From: Phyllosticta citribraziliensis
Taxonomy: Eukaryota
DNA: 64,000 bases
Direction: 5' to 3'
NCBI RefSeq assembly: GCF_038025025.1
Contig: NW_027117346.1
Span: forward strand, 806,001-870,000
In this document: in pieces, positions 52,995 through 64,000 of the stretch
Numbering within the stretch: position 1 is the stretch's first letter
Layout of the letters: every line of letters begins with the position of its first letter
Notes under the pieces: generated by a model
Told to the model about the DNA's origin: nothing
Seen by the model: the letters and a program-made list of their open reading frames with translations, nothing else
Database searches by the model: none
Translations under genes and position numbers: made by a program

Positions 52995-53173
52995 CACAGT
53001 GGGTGTCGAAAGAAATTAGACCTCCTAGCGATACAAGTGCGCCTAGGGAGCGTTCATTCGCTGCTTCGCCTGCGCTTAAGGAGCATTCATATACCACTGT
53101 ATGCGCTTAGGAAGTGATCTTTCATTGCCCCGGACAGACGGTGAGAGTCTCATTTCTCTCGACACGCACTGTG
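52995..53173. mobile_element. 179-bp non-autonomous TIR element (MITE) with CACAGTG termini and candidate 4-bp TSD GTGG
   Basis: Left TIR 52995-53021 CACAGTGGGTGTCGAAAGAAATTAGAC versus reverse complement of 53147-53173 CACAGTGCGTGTCGAGAGAAATGAGAC (24/27). GTGG occurs at both 52991-52994 and 53174-53177. Second copy at 143-284. Confidence 0.88.
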
Positions 53174-54109
53174 GTGGAATGAACGGCACCTCGCGGCTGT
53201 GCTACAGCTGGCGTCTTAAAGTAATCGGGCCACGACTCTTTGTTGGACCAACCACGACGACAAGTCAGCGGGGAGTAGAGGCCCGCGGTAATCAGCTCTC
53301 GTATAAAGGACGACTCGATAGTGCAAACGTCGTTGGTCGCGTATCATGATTTGCAGCCGAGAGCAGGGGTGGATGGCCAATCCCGTTTGGTCGAGGGGTG
53401 CATCATGGACAAGTTCGTTTTTCGTCAGAGGGCTGCGGAACACAAACAAGGTTGGCAAAAGTATGCGATAGTGGGAGCTGCTGCCTGCCTGCCTGGTCAG
53501 GAATGAGCCAAAAGGGCGTGAGGCAAGCAAATTAAAAATGCAAAAGCCAGGCGAATTCTGAAATCTGAAGGATTCGAGCAAAGCCTCGTCCAAACAACAG
53601 GTGCGACGCCGACATCTGAGTGCCTTGCAGGCTCAGCGACGACATCCAAACGCCCGGCGTGTGTGTAACCAGCGGTTGCACCTCAGACCGGGGGCTCGTC
53701 TGCGGAGGTGGCACCAAATCGGCACGGCTGCCGGCGATCAGGAACAGCACAGCTGTTGAACCGAACAGGCCAGAGAGGAACGAAGGAATGCATCTGAGGC
53801 AGCATTTCTGGCGGCAATAATTCAGGCCGCAAACGCGATAAGGCTGAGGACGCAGCCGGCAGAAGACAGCTGGGCAGAGGGCTGTAGAGACGTCCGGTGT
53901 GGCATTTGCGCCCTTGGCACCGCCGATTACTCAGTGGTTTTGGCTCCCGCTGTGGCTACGGCACTTGGCGGTTGGGCGCGGACGGACTCGCCCGTTTCCC
54001 CCGTCGTGTAGTGTAGGACGTGCCGACGATGCAGATGGTCACAGAGGTCGGCTTTGATGTCAGTACCGTACCTGGGCAGCGGGCGGGCTCGGCAGCGGAG
54101 TTGTACGTG

Positions 54110-54139
54110 GGTAGGTAGGTAGGTAGGTAGAAGGTAGGT
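54110..54139. repeat. (GGTA)n tetranucleotide microsatellite
   Basis: Directly visible. Confidence 0.85.
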
Positions 54140-55077
54140 CGCGGTGCGACGAGTCCCTGCATGCAAGGCCAACGGTGTACGATGGGGAGCCGGCAGTTTG
54201 TGTGCAGTATAAAGAGTCAGCCTCGTTTGTACAGTACAGCATGTGGATGGGCTCGCGGAAAACAAAAAGCCAAAAGCAGGACCGGGCCAAAATAGCGGCA
54301 CATGATCATCAGCCCAGGCCAGGCACAGGTCGATGAGGTCAAGGCCTCTATCCCCATGACCCTGGAGCTGCTGAGACCGGAGACGCCGCACAGGCGTGAA
54401 ACTGAGCTTAAGATTGAGGGTCAAAGTTTCGACGCGGCGGACGACAAGCCAGTGCTCGGCCATGGGAGGGAAGGATTGCGACGGGCGTTGGGGATGGCGA
54501 GGGAGGGAGAAACTCAAGTCGTGGTGGTGGTGGTGGTCTTGGTGGTCGTCGTGGTCGGGAACATTTGATGGCAGTGGGGATGGCACCTCTCGTCGTCGTG
54601 GTCGTGGTCGTGTCGCACCCTGGCACTGGCCCTGGCCCTGGCTAGCAACAGTGCTCTAGCCCTGGCCCTGGCACCGGCAGCAGCCCGCCGCCCGTCCTCG
54701 CACCACAGAAGCTGCAGCTGGAGCCCATCGCATCGACTCTCTCGACAAAGTCTCCTCTCCTGGTGCCTGCAGCTAATACGCCCCCCCCGCCCCGCCTGCA
54801 CTGGCTGGGTGCCATGCCATGGCAGATCCGCTTTAGCGTCCGTCCCCGTCCCCGTCCCGGGCGAGAGGTGAGGTGAGGTGGGTGGTGTTGACGACGAGGT
54901 CCAAAAACTAACGCGCGACATATGCACGCCATGGCGGTGCTGCAGAGGCAGGGGCATGCGCCCTCCACCAGCGTCCATCCATGTCTTTTTTTCAGAGTTC
55001 TGTTGCTTTCGTCCCATCTGTCACCGCTTCCTCTTCTTCTCTCTCGCCCTCGACTCGACTCTCTCATTTCCGTCCTC

Positions 55078-55079
<2 letters not shown>

Positions 55080-55116
<37 letters not shown>
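55080..55116 (+). repeat. (CT)18 microsatellite upstream of the AT-hook gene
   Basis: Directly visible. Confidence 0.95.
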
Positions 55117-55118
<2 letters not shown>

Positions 55119-55487
55119 TCTTCGCTCGCTACAATCCACCGTCACGCCCCATGGCCTGCCCCGACTGCCCAGCTTCACCATCATCCTAATAATCAATGCC
55201 GTCGAGCTGTGCCATCCCTCCGCCTGCAGGCATGTAGCTCGTGCTGTTCCAACCGCTCCAGCTACGCTGCTTTGCTCCCACACGCTCGTTTCAGTCTCAC
55301 TGCTCATTCGTTTGATCCCGTTGCTTCAAAGCGAGCCCGCCGCCCGGCCTCTGGCGCGCGCCTCTGCATCTCTTGTCGGCCTTGTGATCCGCTTGTTACT
55401 CATTTAGTCTGCCTGCATCGACCCCCCAGCGTATAGACCTGAGACTTTACATTTCCTCCCTCTCCGTATCACGCTCCAATCCACGCC

Positions 55488-56645
55488 ATGGAACCCTCGA
55501 GGGATATACCTTGGGCCGAACATGAAAAGGTACGCCGTCTTGACCCCAACCACTGCCCATTGAGCTGCTGTCCAACCCCCACCAGGTCTACCTCCTCGCC
55601 GAAATAATGAAAGCTGCGCCAGTGTCGTCCGAGACCCTTTTTCAGTTCATCAGGAATGCCGGCATCCAGCCCAAGTGGGCCGAGATAGCCCTCCCCCAAG
55701 GTATACCACCACTTCCGCGCCGACCTCTTGCGGTCCCGGATCATGTCTCAAAACACCCAAGTCGCAGCGTCGCTGATGCATCCTAAAGGCCGCTCTCTGC
55801 GTCAATGCCAAATGGCTTTCCAGGAGCTTTCGGCCCAATACTCGACAACAGATCCCCGCAGTAGCGCCAGCGCAGGCCCCATCCACTATCCGCATCCTCA
55901 ACACCAACCACCACAGCAGCCTCCGCAACAGCCGTCAGTATACGCAGTTCCCGCAGATGTTTCTCGAAAACGCCCGCTAGCACCCGACATTTCCACCCCC
56001 CAAGGCCGCCTCCTCCAGCCCCGCCCGCCAAATACATATCCCTCGGACGTCCTCTCAAGACCAGCCTACGCCATGAGCCCATCAATCGGCGAAGGCAAAA
56101 AGCGTCGCGGACGTCCAACCAAGGCCGAGGCGCAGGCCCGAGCCGCCGAAGCGGCAGCTCGCGGCGAACCCTACCCGCCACCAAAAAGCAAACGCTCGAG
56201 TCTAGCAACGATGAGCAGTGGCAGTCCCGGAGACAAGCCCAGCAGCGGAAGCCCTGGAACACCCGCCTCTGGAGCCGTAACGGCCGCGCCCAGGTCTGAT
56301 CAAATGAGCGTCAGCATGGTCATGTCGGCGCCAGCAGGCGAGAGAAGAGGCGCGGGAGAGTTCGAGGCCGAGCCGCTGGGAAGAAAACCTCTGCCAGAAC
56401 GCACCGAAGCTGCCGGTCCAATGCTACAACCGCTCCAACGAGAAAGATGGGAAGAAGGCCCGTCCACAGAGGCAGGCGCGCAGATGCCAGAGGAGAGAAG
56501 AGAAGGATTGATTTCAAGGCCCTCCCCGGCGCGAGGCTCGACGCCTGTCGGGGAGCAAAAAGAGAGCGGCGCTACGAGAGAACCCAGCGAAGAGCCGTCG
56601 CGTCGCGCAACACCGCGCTCATTCAAAGACACGGTCGGCATATGA
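55488..56645 (+). CDS. Putative nuclear protein with N-terminal Myb/SANT-like helical domain and an AT-hook (2 introns)
   Basis: Spliced N-terminus MEPSRDIPWAEHEKVYLLAEIMK...PKWAEIALPQGRSLRQCQMAFQEL and AT-hook KKRRGRPTK. Introns 55530-55585 and 55701-55788. Confidence 0.8.
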
Positions 56646-59600
56646 CGCGACGATACGGACGAATTACAGTGTATAATGCCTTGCGAGGCCAGAATGATGT
56701 TCTACGAACGGCTGCCCAAGATCGAGACGGTCGAACCAGCGCCAATTCAACTCCTCACGGAATCACGGATATGAGAACCACGCAGCGTTACGCGGCAAAT
56801 GTCTGTTTCTAGCGCTGTCTCCACCAAGGGCGTCGGTGTTTCCAATCGCGTTTCTCGCTTGTCCATGGTACGTTTCATTAACCCCTCTCCCATTTTACAG
56901 GCGTCGCAGCCTCCGACTGGCCAAGATTCTCATTCTCAAGTACCGAGAATGCGTGTGATCCAATGGTCTCTGTCGCGCTAGCAGCGGCAGTTGTCTTAAT
57001 TCGCATCGGTTTCACGCGCTCATATTACTTGTTACGAACTTTTCCATATTCTGTATGTCTATGCAACTCCAGCGCACGGCCTACGAAGCATGCCTCTCTT
57101 TGCGGAACAATCTACTCATGACATTTGGGGACATAAAAAGTCTTGCGGGTTGCCCTGTAGAATACCTTTTTCCTTCTTCCGTTCTCCTGTCCACGCCTGC
57201 TTTCCTTGGTTTCTCTTCTCATTGTCCTGAAATGCATGTGTGTAGAATGTATGCTTAGCGCGAGCAGCAGCAAACTTTGGATGTAAACTCTTGCCGACTT
57301 GACAAGCTTCCCCTGCGTAGATCTCATCCAGATCAGGTATGCATCTTACCCTAAAAGGGCGCGCCAAAAGAAGGTTGGGTGCCGAGAGGACCATATGTCA
57401 TGGTACTTCATAATGACCACTCGACTGCTACCTATCTAACCCGTCCCGTCCCTCCCGCTTTACATCTCACTTCCGGGGCCCCGGACTGACGACAGATGCT
57501 GCGCCAATCTGACTCGAAACCACCACCTCGGGTCTCCTTGGTCGACGACGTTTGTGGCCTGATACCAATGAGCCTTTCCCATCTCGTCTACAGCACCCAT
57601 GCATGTACAGGTACATGTACGATCGCAACCGCAGCCTCACCAGGGCTCCCCTCTCAAGAGTCCCACGTGTTGACCGAGACAGCAAACCTGAAAGTCTGTT
57701 ATCCAGATCGCTCCGCGCGCTGAACGATGTGACATGGAGTCTTCCCGGTTCACAGTCTTGCAGCTGTTTCCTCAGGCCTCCACCCGAGCGACCTTACGAC
57801 CAGTAGCAGACCAAAAGTCCGCGGAAGGTCTGGCTGAAGCGAAGTTTAAACTCGTCCCTGGGGGGCGTCTGTCATTCGTCCAACCGCTCATCAACCACAA
57901 CAGACGTCATTTGACAGCGGACAAACAAGCATGGCCCCAGCCAAGCACAAAAAGGCTTCGGCCATCTCTGACGTCTCCCCGGAACTCTCAGGTCCCGGCA
58001 CGCTCCCCCTCTCTTTCTCAGCTGCCAGCGGCCTATCTGAATACGCATAAACACATATACGCCCAACCAACGCCCATGGTCAATGTTAACTCTCAGCGGA
58101 ATGACGTGCCTTGGATCCAATTGGTCGTGCACCGCATCTGCCCGCCGGCGGCGCTCTATTAACCATTTGAATGTCGCCGAGCATAAACCTTTTTTCCCTT
58201 CGACGCCCATCCAGTCCTTCACCCACTCTTCTTTTACGTCGAGTCTTTACGTATGGCACTAACTACTGAAGCCAGCCACAAAGACGACGACGGCCAGACG
58301 GTGAGATCCGGTCTTCTTGTCTCCTTCGCCGCTCCGCATGGTTTCCCTCACCAAACAAACCCTCGCCAATGAAAATGAACGCCACGGATGCGAACAAGCT
58401 GCGCTGCGGCTTAATAGCTGAAGCCACCGCGCACGCGCCGAATAACCGCGAACTCAACAGACGGACCAAAAAGAAACAAACCTACGTAAATACCCAGACA
58501 CATACACACGTCCAACGAACGAACGAGCGGAAAAACCTGGCTTCGGACGGGATCTTCCTCCCCCTTGCGCCTCGCTAGGTCACTCCCGTCCGCGTCCCGT
58601 CTTTCCCGTTCGGTTCGGGGAGCCTGGGTGCGGTGTCCCATCCCCTCTCATCCCATCCCGACCCCCACACACACACACACACATCCCAACCCCGCGTCCA
58701 TGCATTCATTCACTGACCTTGATGATTGAGGTCGCGCGGTTTGTTTCCGCACTTCTTAACATTGTTGAGTTTGAGATGACCCTGCTTGCCTGATTGCCTA
58801 TCTGTCTGCCAATCTGCTGATTTGCGGATACCGTTATCTGCGCTGAGCCACGAGTCCGCGACGATGATGATTATTCCCGTACCGCGCGCGTGCGTGCAAG
58901 CAAGCACACTGGTAGGTCCGTTCGTTCGTTTCTTACGTGCGTACGCAAGCTGCTTCCTTGACCCCAGTACCCAGGACCCAGTCGTCGACCAAACGGCTGG
59001 TTAGCGGGCAGGCAGGCAGGCAGGCAGGCGTGCTGTAATAATCAGGGCGGGCTTGGCTACAGTATTTATCCATAGGCACGTGTGCGCCAACCCGCATGCG
59101 GAGTACATGCACTTTTGTACCATACCGCGTCACGCCGCACTGCGTCCATTTATTACGGTTTTCTTGTCTCGGTCGTTATCATGTGAAGACTGGAGAGGAG
59201 AGATGGATGCCGGAATACGGAAATAAGGCTCGCTCTCTCTCTCTTTCTCTCCCTCTCTCCCTGTTTCCTGTAGGGTGCAGCCAGCCTGGTAATTTGAGAG
59301 CCCGTTGGCCGGGGTTGGGGGTTGGTCTTAGCAGTTGAAAGTGACTGGGCGGGCTGCCTGGCTTGCCTAATGGGTTTGTGGCTGTGCTGTAGTTATTGGG
59401 GAAGTGTGCAAGGGAGATTGATTGAGGATGGATGGATGAATCGATGGGAGCTAAGGCTTGCTGAAGACTAAGGCGAGTGTAGATTGATAGAGTGTCGTGC
59501 GGCCTGTCTCTGTGCGTCGTGCGCGAAGGCAGTAAGACTGGTCCTGGACTGCTACGTGGGAAGTATGTAGGGTCAGGCAGAAATCCACACATTTCTCCGA

Positions 59601-59728
59601 CTGACTCCATTTAAGTGACCTCTCTCCAAAGACCCACGGTTGTTGAAGCTTTTCGTTGTATACCCCTCGGCTCTCCCCATCCCCCGCCCACATGCACACG
59701 CGTCGGAAAGACTCAGTCATCTCACCCA

Positions 59729-59760
59729 CCCCCCCCCCCCCCCCCCCCCCTCCCCCCCCC
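59729..59760. repeat. Poly-C tract (C22-T-C9); G-quadruplex-capable on the minus strand
   Basis: Directly visible. Homopolymer length may be imprecise in the assembly. Confidence 0.9.
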
Positions 59761-60800
59761 GATCCAATTCGCCGTCCTCCACCAGAGAATCAAGAGCAAT
59801 TTCGACAAATCCACAACCGTACAACGGTCAGCCGCTCAATCGAGCGGTCACTCAGGCTCCGCACGAAAAGAAGCGATCAAACCAAGATCACGAGGGAGAC
59901 ACGAAAATCCAACCAGTCACTCACTGAAACGACAGTAATTACACGGAAAACCTAGATCCTTTAAAAATCCGGTAAGGGTAGACAAGCGCGATGCGTCGAA
60001 GTATCAGTCCGTCAGTGTCCGTCAGTAAGTCCCGCGGCGTCTTCTGTGTAGCATAGCGTGGCAAGGTAGGGTACAACATGTAACAAGGCTTTCTTCCTTT
60101 CAATCTTCATTCCGCGCCCTTCTCCCACCTCTCCTTCCTTGGCGACGGCGTGTCTGGCTGCTCGCCCGCACGCTCGTCGGGATATCAGACCGCATGCATA
60201 GGGCCGTTGGAACACAGAGTGGGCGAAACCTCCTTGGCCAGTGCCGTCTGTCAACCAGCGCGACGGAGAAAGGTTTGGCGTCCAATTGAACCCCTGACAC
60301 CAAGGGGTACAAGTTTACATCCCGACAATCCCCACTCCGATTCTGTCTTCGGAGCTTGCTCACTCTCAAGCTCTCAAGCTCCTCATTCCTCCTACATGCT
60401 CGGGGCGGCATGGCCGCAGTGCCCCCACCGCCGTCGCTTGCAGAGCAACTTCGGAGGACAGACGCTACATGGGCGATTGGCCAATAGAACTCGAGGCAGT
60501 GAAAGACGCCAACGACTTCGGTAAAGCCAAGTCGATTGCTCCGCCCCCCGAAGCCGGATGGACTCATTATATGATTAGATGCTACAGACGGCTGGAATAT
60601 AGCTGCGAAAGACTCGAACCCGACTCCTCGTTTCCAAGTGAATGAGGTCATGATCCGCCCATATTGCGCCAAATGAGAGCAAGCGAGCAGAAAATTTGTT
60701 CCCGCCTTCTTTTTGCACAGAGACCTTTTTCAGTCGCGTCATTACTCCAGCTGGTCGTCAGTCATTACATCCGCACCTCGTATCCCTGACAGCTGCTGTT

Positions 60801-62180
60801 TTACGTCGCCTTCTCCCCCGAGGCACCAAACACTACGAGCGCGCTCTCGCTCTCCGTTAGTGTCCAGAGCAGTTTGTAAAAGCCAAGTGCTCCGGCCACG
60901 AGCAGGATGTAGTATGCTACTGTCCATGCCACGTGAGCCTCACCACTGGCGCCACCGCTATTCTTTCCACCGCACTTGTTGCAGCGGTCACCGTCGCACT
61001 TGGTGCATCTGCCATTCACCGGGCCATCGAAGCGTTTGCCTTCGCCATCAACGCCGGCGGGGCCAATGGATACGGCTTCGACCGAGGCGGCGACGGGCTC
61101 GTCAAAGGGGTCTGTCGGCGGCGCGACGCGGCCCCAGAGGCGCGGCAATCCCATCCAGTTGCAAAAGGAGTGAGCGGCGATGGCGGCGGGGAGAGAAGCC
61201 GTGCGCAGAAAGACAAAGGCAGCGAAGAAGCCAAAGAGCGACGTGTAGGTGAATTGGAAGAGGGAGCGGAAAAGAGCGGCCAGGGGTCCCGTGTGCGGAT
61301 GCGTCAGGCGAAACTCATAGTAGTGGTGGACGTGGGCAATGCCAAAGTAGAGGGGCGTGGTAAAGACGACGGCGCTGGGGGAGACGTGTGCGTAGAGATG
61401 GAGCGGGACAAGCAGACTGCGCCAGACGAGCTCTTCGGTCGTGGGACCCTGTCGGAAGGGGTGGTTAGGTCAGGGGTTGCATGTTGGGGCCGGGTCAAAG
61501 AATACGTACAGCAACAAAGTTGCGCCACCCGATCCAGCTGCTCAGCGTCTCGTTGACGTGCCTTCCTTTGATCCAATTGCGCCACTCTCCGTCGACTACT
61601 CCATACTCGAACAGAGGACCGGCGAAGAGGACGCACAGCAACAGTATGGTTTTGAAAATGTCAGGGACCGAAATTGGCCACCATCCAAGGTAGTGCAGAG
61701 CCTCGGGGAGGGTCGCATGGCCGTGGTGGAACAGGACGTAGAGAGTTATGAGGGTGCTAACGATGCACGAGGATGTCACGGCGCGAATACGAGCGCGGAT
61801 CACCGAAGGAGCATCTCGGTGAAGGGTTTGAGAGGGCCTCGTGGTCTTGGAGAGGTAAAAAGGGACCACGTAGATGACTGTGAAGAGGACCTGGGCGAGG
61901 TGTTAGCGGGAGGCGGGAGTGAGGTCGGCGAAACGTACAGACAGCAGCGCAGCAGAGCGCGGGGAGATGGCAGGTGCGGTGGGGACTGGTGAAACGGCCA
62001 TGTCAGTAAAGACGCGGTATGTATCTGGGATGCAAGGGTACAGGTGGTGGAAGCGGGAGCGGTGGAGAGTCAATTGCAGCCGCACAGCAACAATGGCAGG
62101 TCCACAATAGCAAAAAGACACGCACCGGGGGCTTTGTTGATGCGGAGCTTGAGGCGCTGGAGGAAGTTGATGGGCGCCAT
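60801..62180 (-). CDS. RCE1: CaaX prenyl protease 2 (Rce1, CPBP family)
   Basis: Motifs RDAPSVIRARIRAV, LFAGPLFE, WIGWRNFVA-GPTTEELVWR, FTYTSLFGFFA and AHSFCNWMGLP, with multiple TM segments. Introns near 61986-62125, 61891-61938 and 61449-61508. Confidence 0.93.
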
Positions 62181-63198
62181 GGTCAGCTCCGCGGCGGAGA
62201 GGAGCAGTGGCTAGGGCGAGGACAGAGACCTGGCTGTGGGCGGAGCTCGAGGTGGGCAGAAGGTCGTGGTGTTGATGATGTTTCCGCTGCATCGTCATGT
62301 CATGGCGGGCGGCAGGCGGAGGCGGAGGCAGAGGCGGAGGAGAGGTGGCCCTTGCGTCTGGCCCGCCTCACCTCTCCAACGGAAACCAACCAACCAACAA
62401 ACCAACTGGACCCAGCACAACATACAGCTACGAGCCGCTAGCACAGCTACCGACCAGCTAGTCGCGTTTGTCGGCTGGCTGTGCATGGCATGGCTGTCGG
62501 ACACGACTACCGCTTCGATCACGCCCCATGTCCGATCAAGCTCAATCTCGGCGACGATGCATCAAGACCCGCTGCACGTCTGCCACAAAGGCTCCAGCGC
62601 TCGCCTGTCGATTCGCTCACGGCGACTCGCTGCAATCTCACCTCCATCCTCTCATCAGTCACTTCACTTCCACTCGACAAAACACCACAGCTTGCCCTCG
62701 CTCCCCCTCAACCAAGCCTCGCCTCGCAACCATCAAGCGCCGGCATCTTGCCTGTATCGCGCCCTGGCCAGCGCCCTGCCTGCGCAGAGAGAAAAGCCCC
62801 GTCGTCTCGTTGCGCTGGCCGACTGAAGCTGAGGCTCTGCGCCCTCTCTCCTGACGACAAGGCCTATATACAGCCACCAGCACCCGCCGTCAGCCCTTAC
62901 AACCACCTGAACCTCCTACCGTCGCCGCCTCTCACGCCCCCTAATCGCCGCCCCCCTGGCGTTTGCCTTCTAACCGCCTCCTCTCCTTGAGCATGCGCGC
63001 CTAGCCGCCGCCTGTCGCTTTCTCTTCAGACTATCGATTATCTTCCATTCTTTTTACATTTTTTTTTTTTTTTTTGATTTTCTCCAATTTCGTCATCCCA
63101 CCCAACTACCCCTCCTTCAGCCGCCGCATGCAAGTAATTTTTTAATGTCTCTGCGGCCCGGCCCTGCTCTGCTTCGTTAGCTTCAAGGCCCTGAGAAC

Positions 63199-64000
63199 AT
63201 GTCCTACCGGCCTGATGCGGATGTCCGTCCGTCTTCTCCTTCATCTCCCCATGACGCACGGTCGACCTCCCCGCGCCAGCCGCCGCGCCAAAATCAACTC
63301 AACGCCGCCACGCGCCCGACCATTCGAGTAGTCGAGGACCCGGGCTCTCCCATACAGGACAAACCTCGGCCTCCGCCTGCCGGTACCCCGTCGCATGCAC
63401 TTTCGCCAGACCCTGCGCAAGGATCCCGCGTCAACGACCGGGACTCTGTGGTTTCAGATGACACTCATTCAACCAATTCCCGGGCTGCCTCGAGCGCTAG
63501 TTCTTTTGTCAGGCAAATGGTGTCCAATTACGAAGTTCGTAGCAAAGAAAACCTCGCGCCACTGCCAAGGCAGACCTCTCAATCTAACCGCGCCTCAACT
63601 TCGACCCACAACTCGGACGCAGACACGTTGAACACGCTGACATCAGCTTTTTCCCCCACGGCCTCTACCAGATTCTCACAGGGGACGACGCCCCCCACGT
63701 CGCCGATACCCTTTTCAGACCGCAAGCACGACAGCTTTGGTAGCCTAGGTGTAGCCCACGACGACACTCGTAACGTTGGTCCGACCATTCGTCCCATAGT
63801 TACCTCCACCTCGACCGCTTCAGGATCCCACGCGCCTTCGTTGGAACCCGCCCTAGAGCTGACTGAACGCGGCTCTCAACCCTCTCTCGTGTCTTCGGAT
63901 TCTTCTGCCCCCACTGTCACCTACCACGATCAAGACCCCGACACTTCGTGGGCGACTAGCTTCACCGAGCACACATCCGCCGAGAGGCCGCCAACCCGCG
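63199..64000 (+). CDS. Ser/Pro/Thr-rich protein, 5' part only (open to window end)
   Basis: AACATG at 63199 opens a stop-free frame to 64000 (MSYRPDADVRPSSPSSPHDARSTSP...PTIRVVEDPGSP...). It is not in the supplied ORF track, probably because it has no stop in the window. TATATA near 62865 and a possible 5'-UTR intron at 63134-63180. Confidence 0.7.
   Translation, partial: MSYRPDADVRPSSPSSPHDARSTSPRQPPRQNQLNAATRPTIRVVEDPGSPIQDKPRPPPAGTPSHALSPDPAQGSRVNDRDSVVSDDTHSTNSRAASSASSFVRQMVSNYEVRSKENLAPLPRQTSQSNRASTSTHNSDADTLNTLTSAFSPTASTRFSQGTTPPTSPIPFSDRKHDSFGSLGVAHDDTRNVGPTIRPIVTSTSTASGSHAPSLEPALELTERGSQPSLVSSDSSAPTVTYHDQDPDTSWATSFTEHTSAERPPTR

Noticed and set aside
53038..53114. CRISPR-like mini-array
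   Set aside because: Eukaryotic context, only three short degenerate repeats, no cas genes, and fully explained as MITE-internal repeats.
60600..60650. tRNA B-box (GGTTCGAGTC on the minus strand)
   Set aside because: The T-stem does not pair, and no cloverleaf or A-box is visible.

Overview
Gene-dense, intron-containing DNA from a filamentous ascomycete. Short GT-AG introns with CTRAY branch points and a dispersed 5S rRNA gene point to Pezizomycotina; the class cannot be fixed from this window. Eighteen protein genes are supported. In order: TAD3, a SelO/FMP40 AMPylase, a DCAF4/WDR21-like WD40 protein, an EDC4/Pdc1-like decapping scaffold, an unknown protein, COX5, GAPDH, HDA1/Clr3, a possible Dig1-like MAPK-docking protein, an FCP1/NIF HAD protein, lamB, a urea-carboxylase-like lamA, a LicD/MNN4 protein, a UBL-WLM protease, gatA, SET2, a Myb-like/AT-hook protein and RCE1. 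There is also a 3'-truncated Ser/Pro-rich ORF at the right edge. Most notable: (1) a 179-bp MITE with CACAGTG...CACTGTG termini, 27-bp TIRs, a candidate 4-bp TSD and internal ~32-bp repeats, with a second partial copy 53 kb away; (2) a divergent lamB/lamA pair about 5 kb from GABA transaminase, which could form a physically linked lactam-to-GABA-to-succinate semialdehyde route; (3) a GAPDH internal exon whose codon usage differs sharply from the rest of the gene; (4) a divergent but structurally compensated 5S rRNA with an upstream echo of its own internal sequence. Exon boundaries and alignments were done by eye; no database searches were run.
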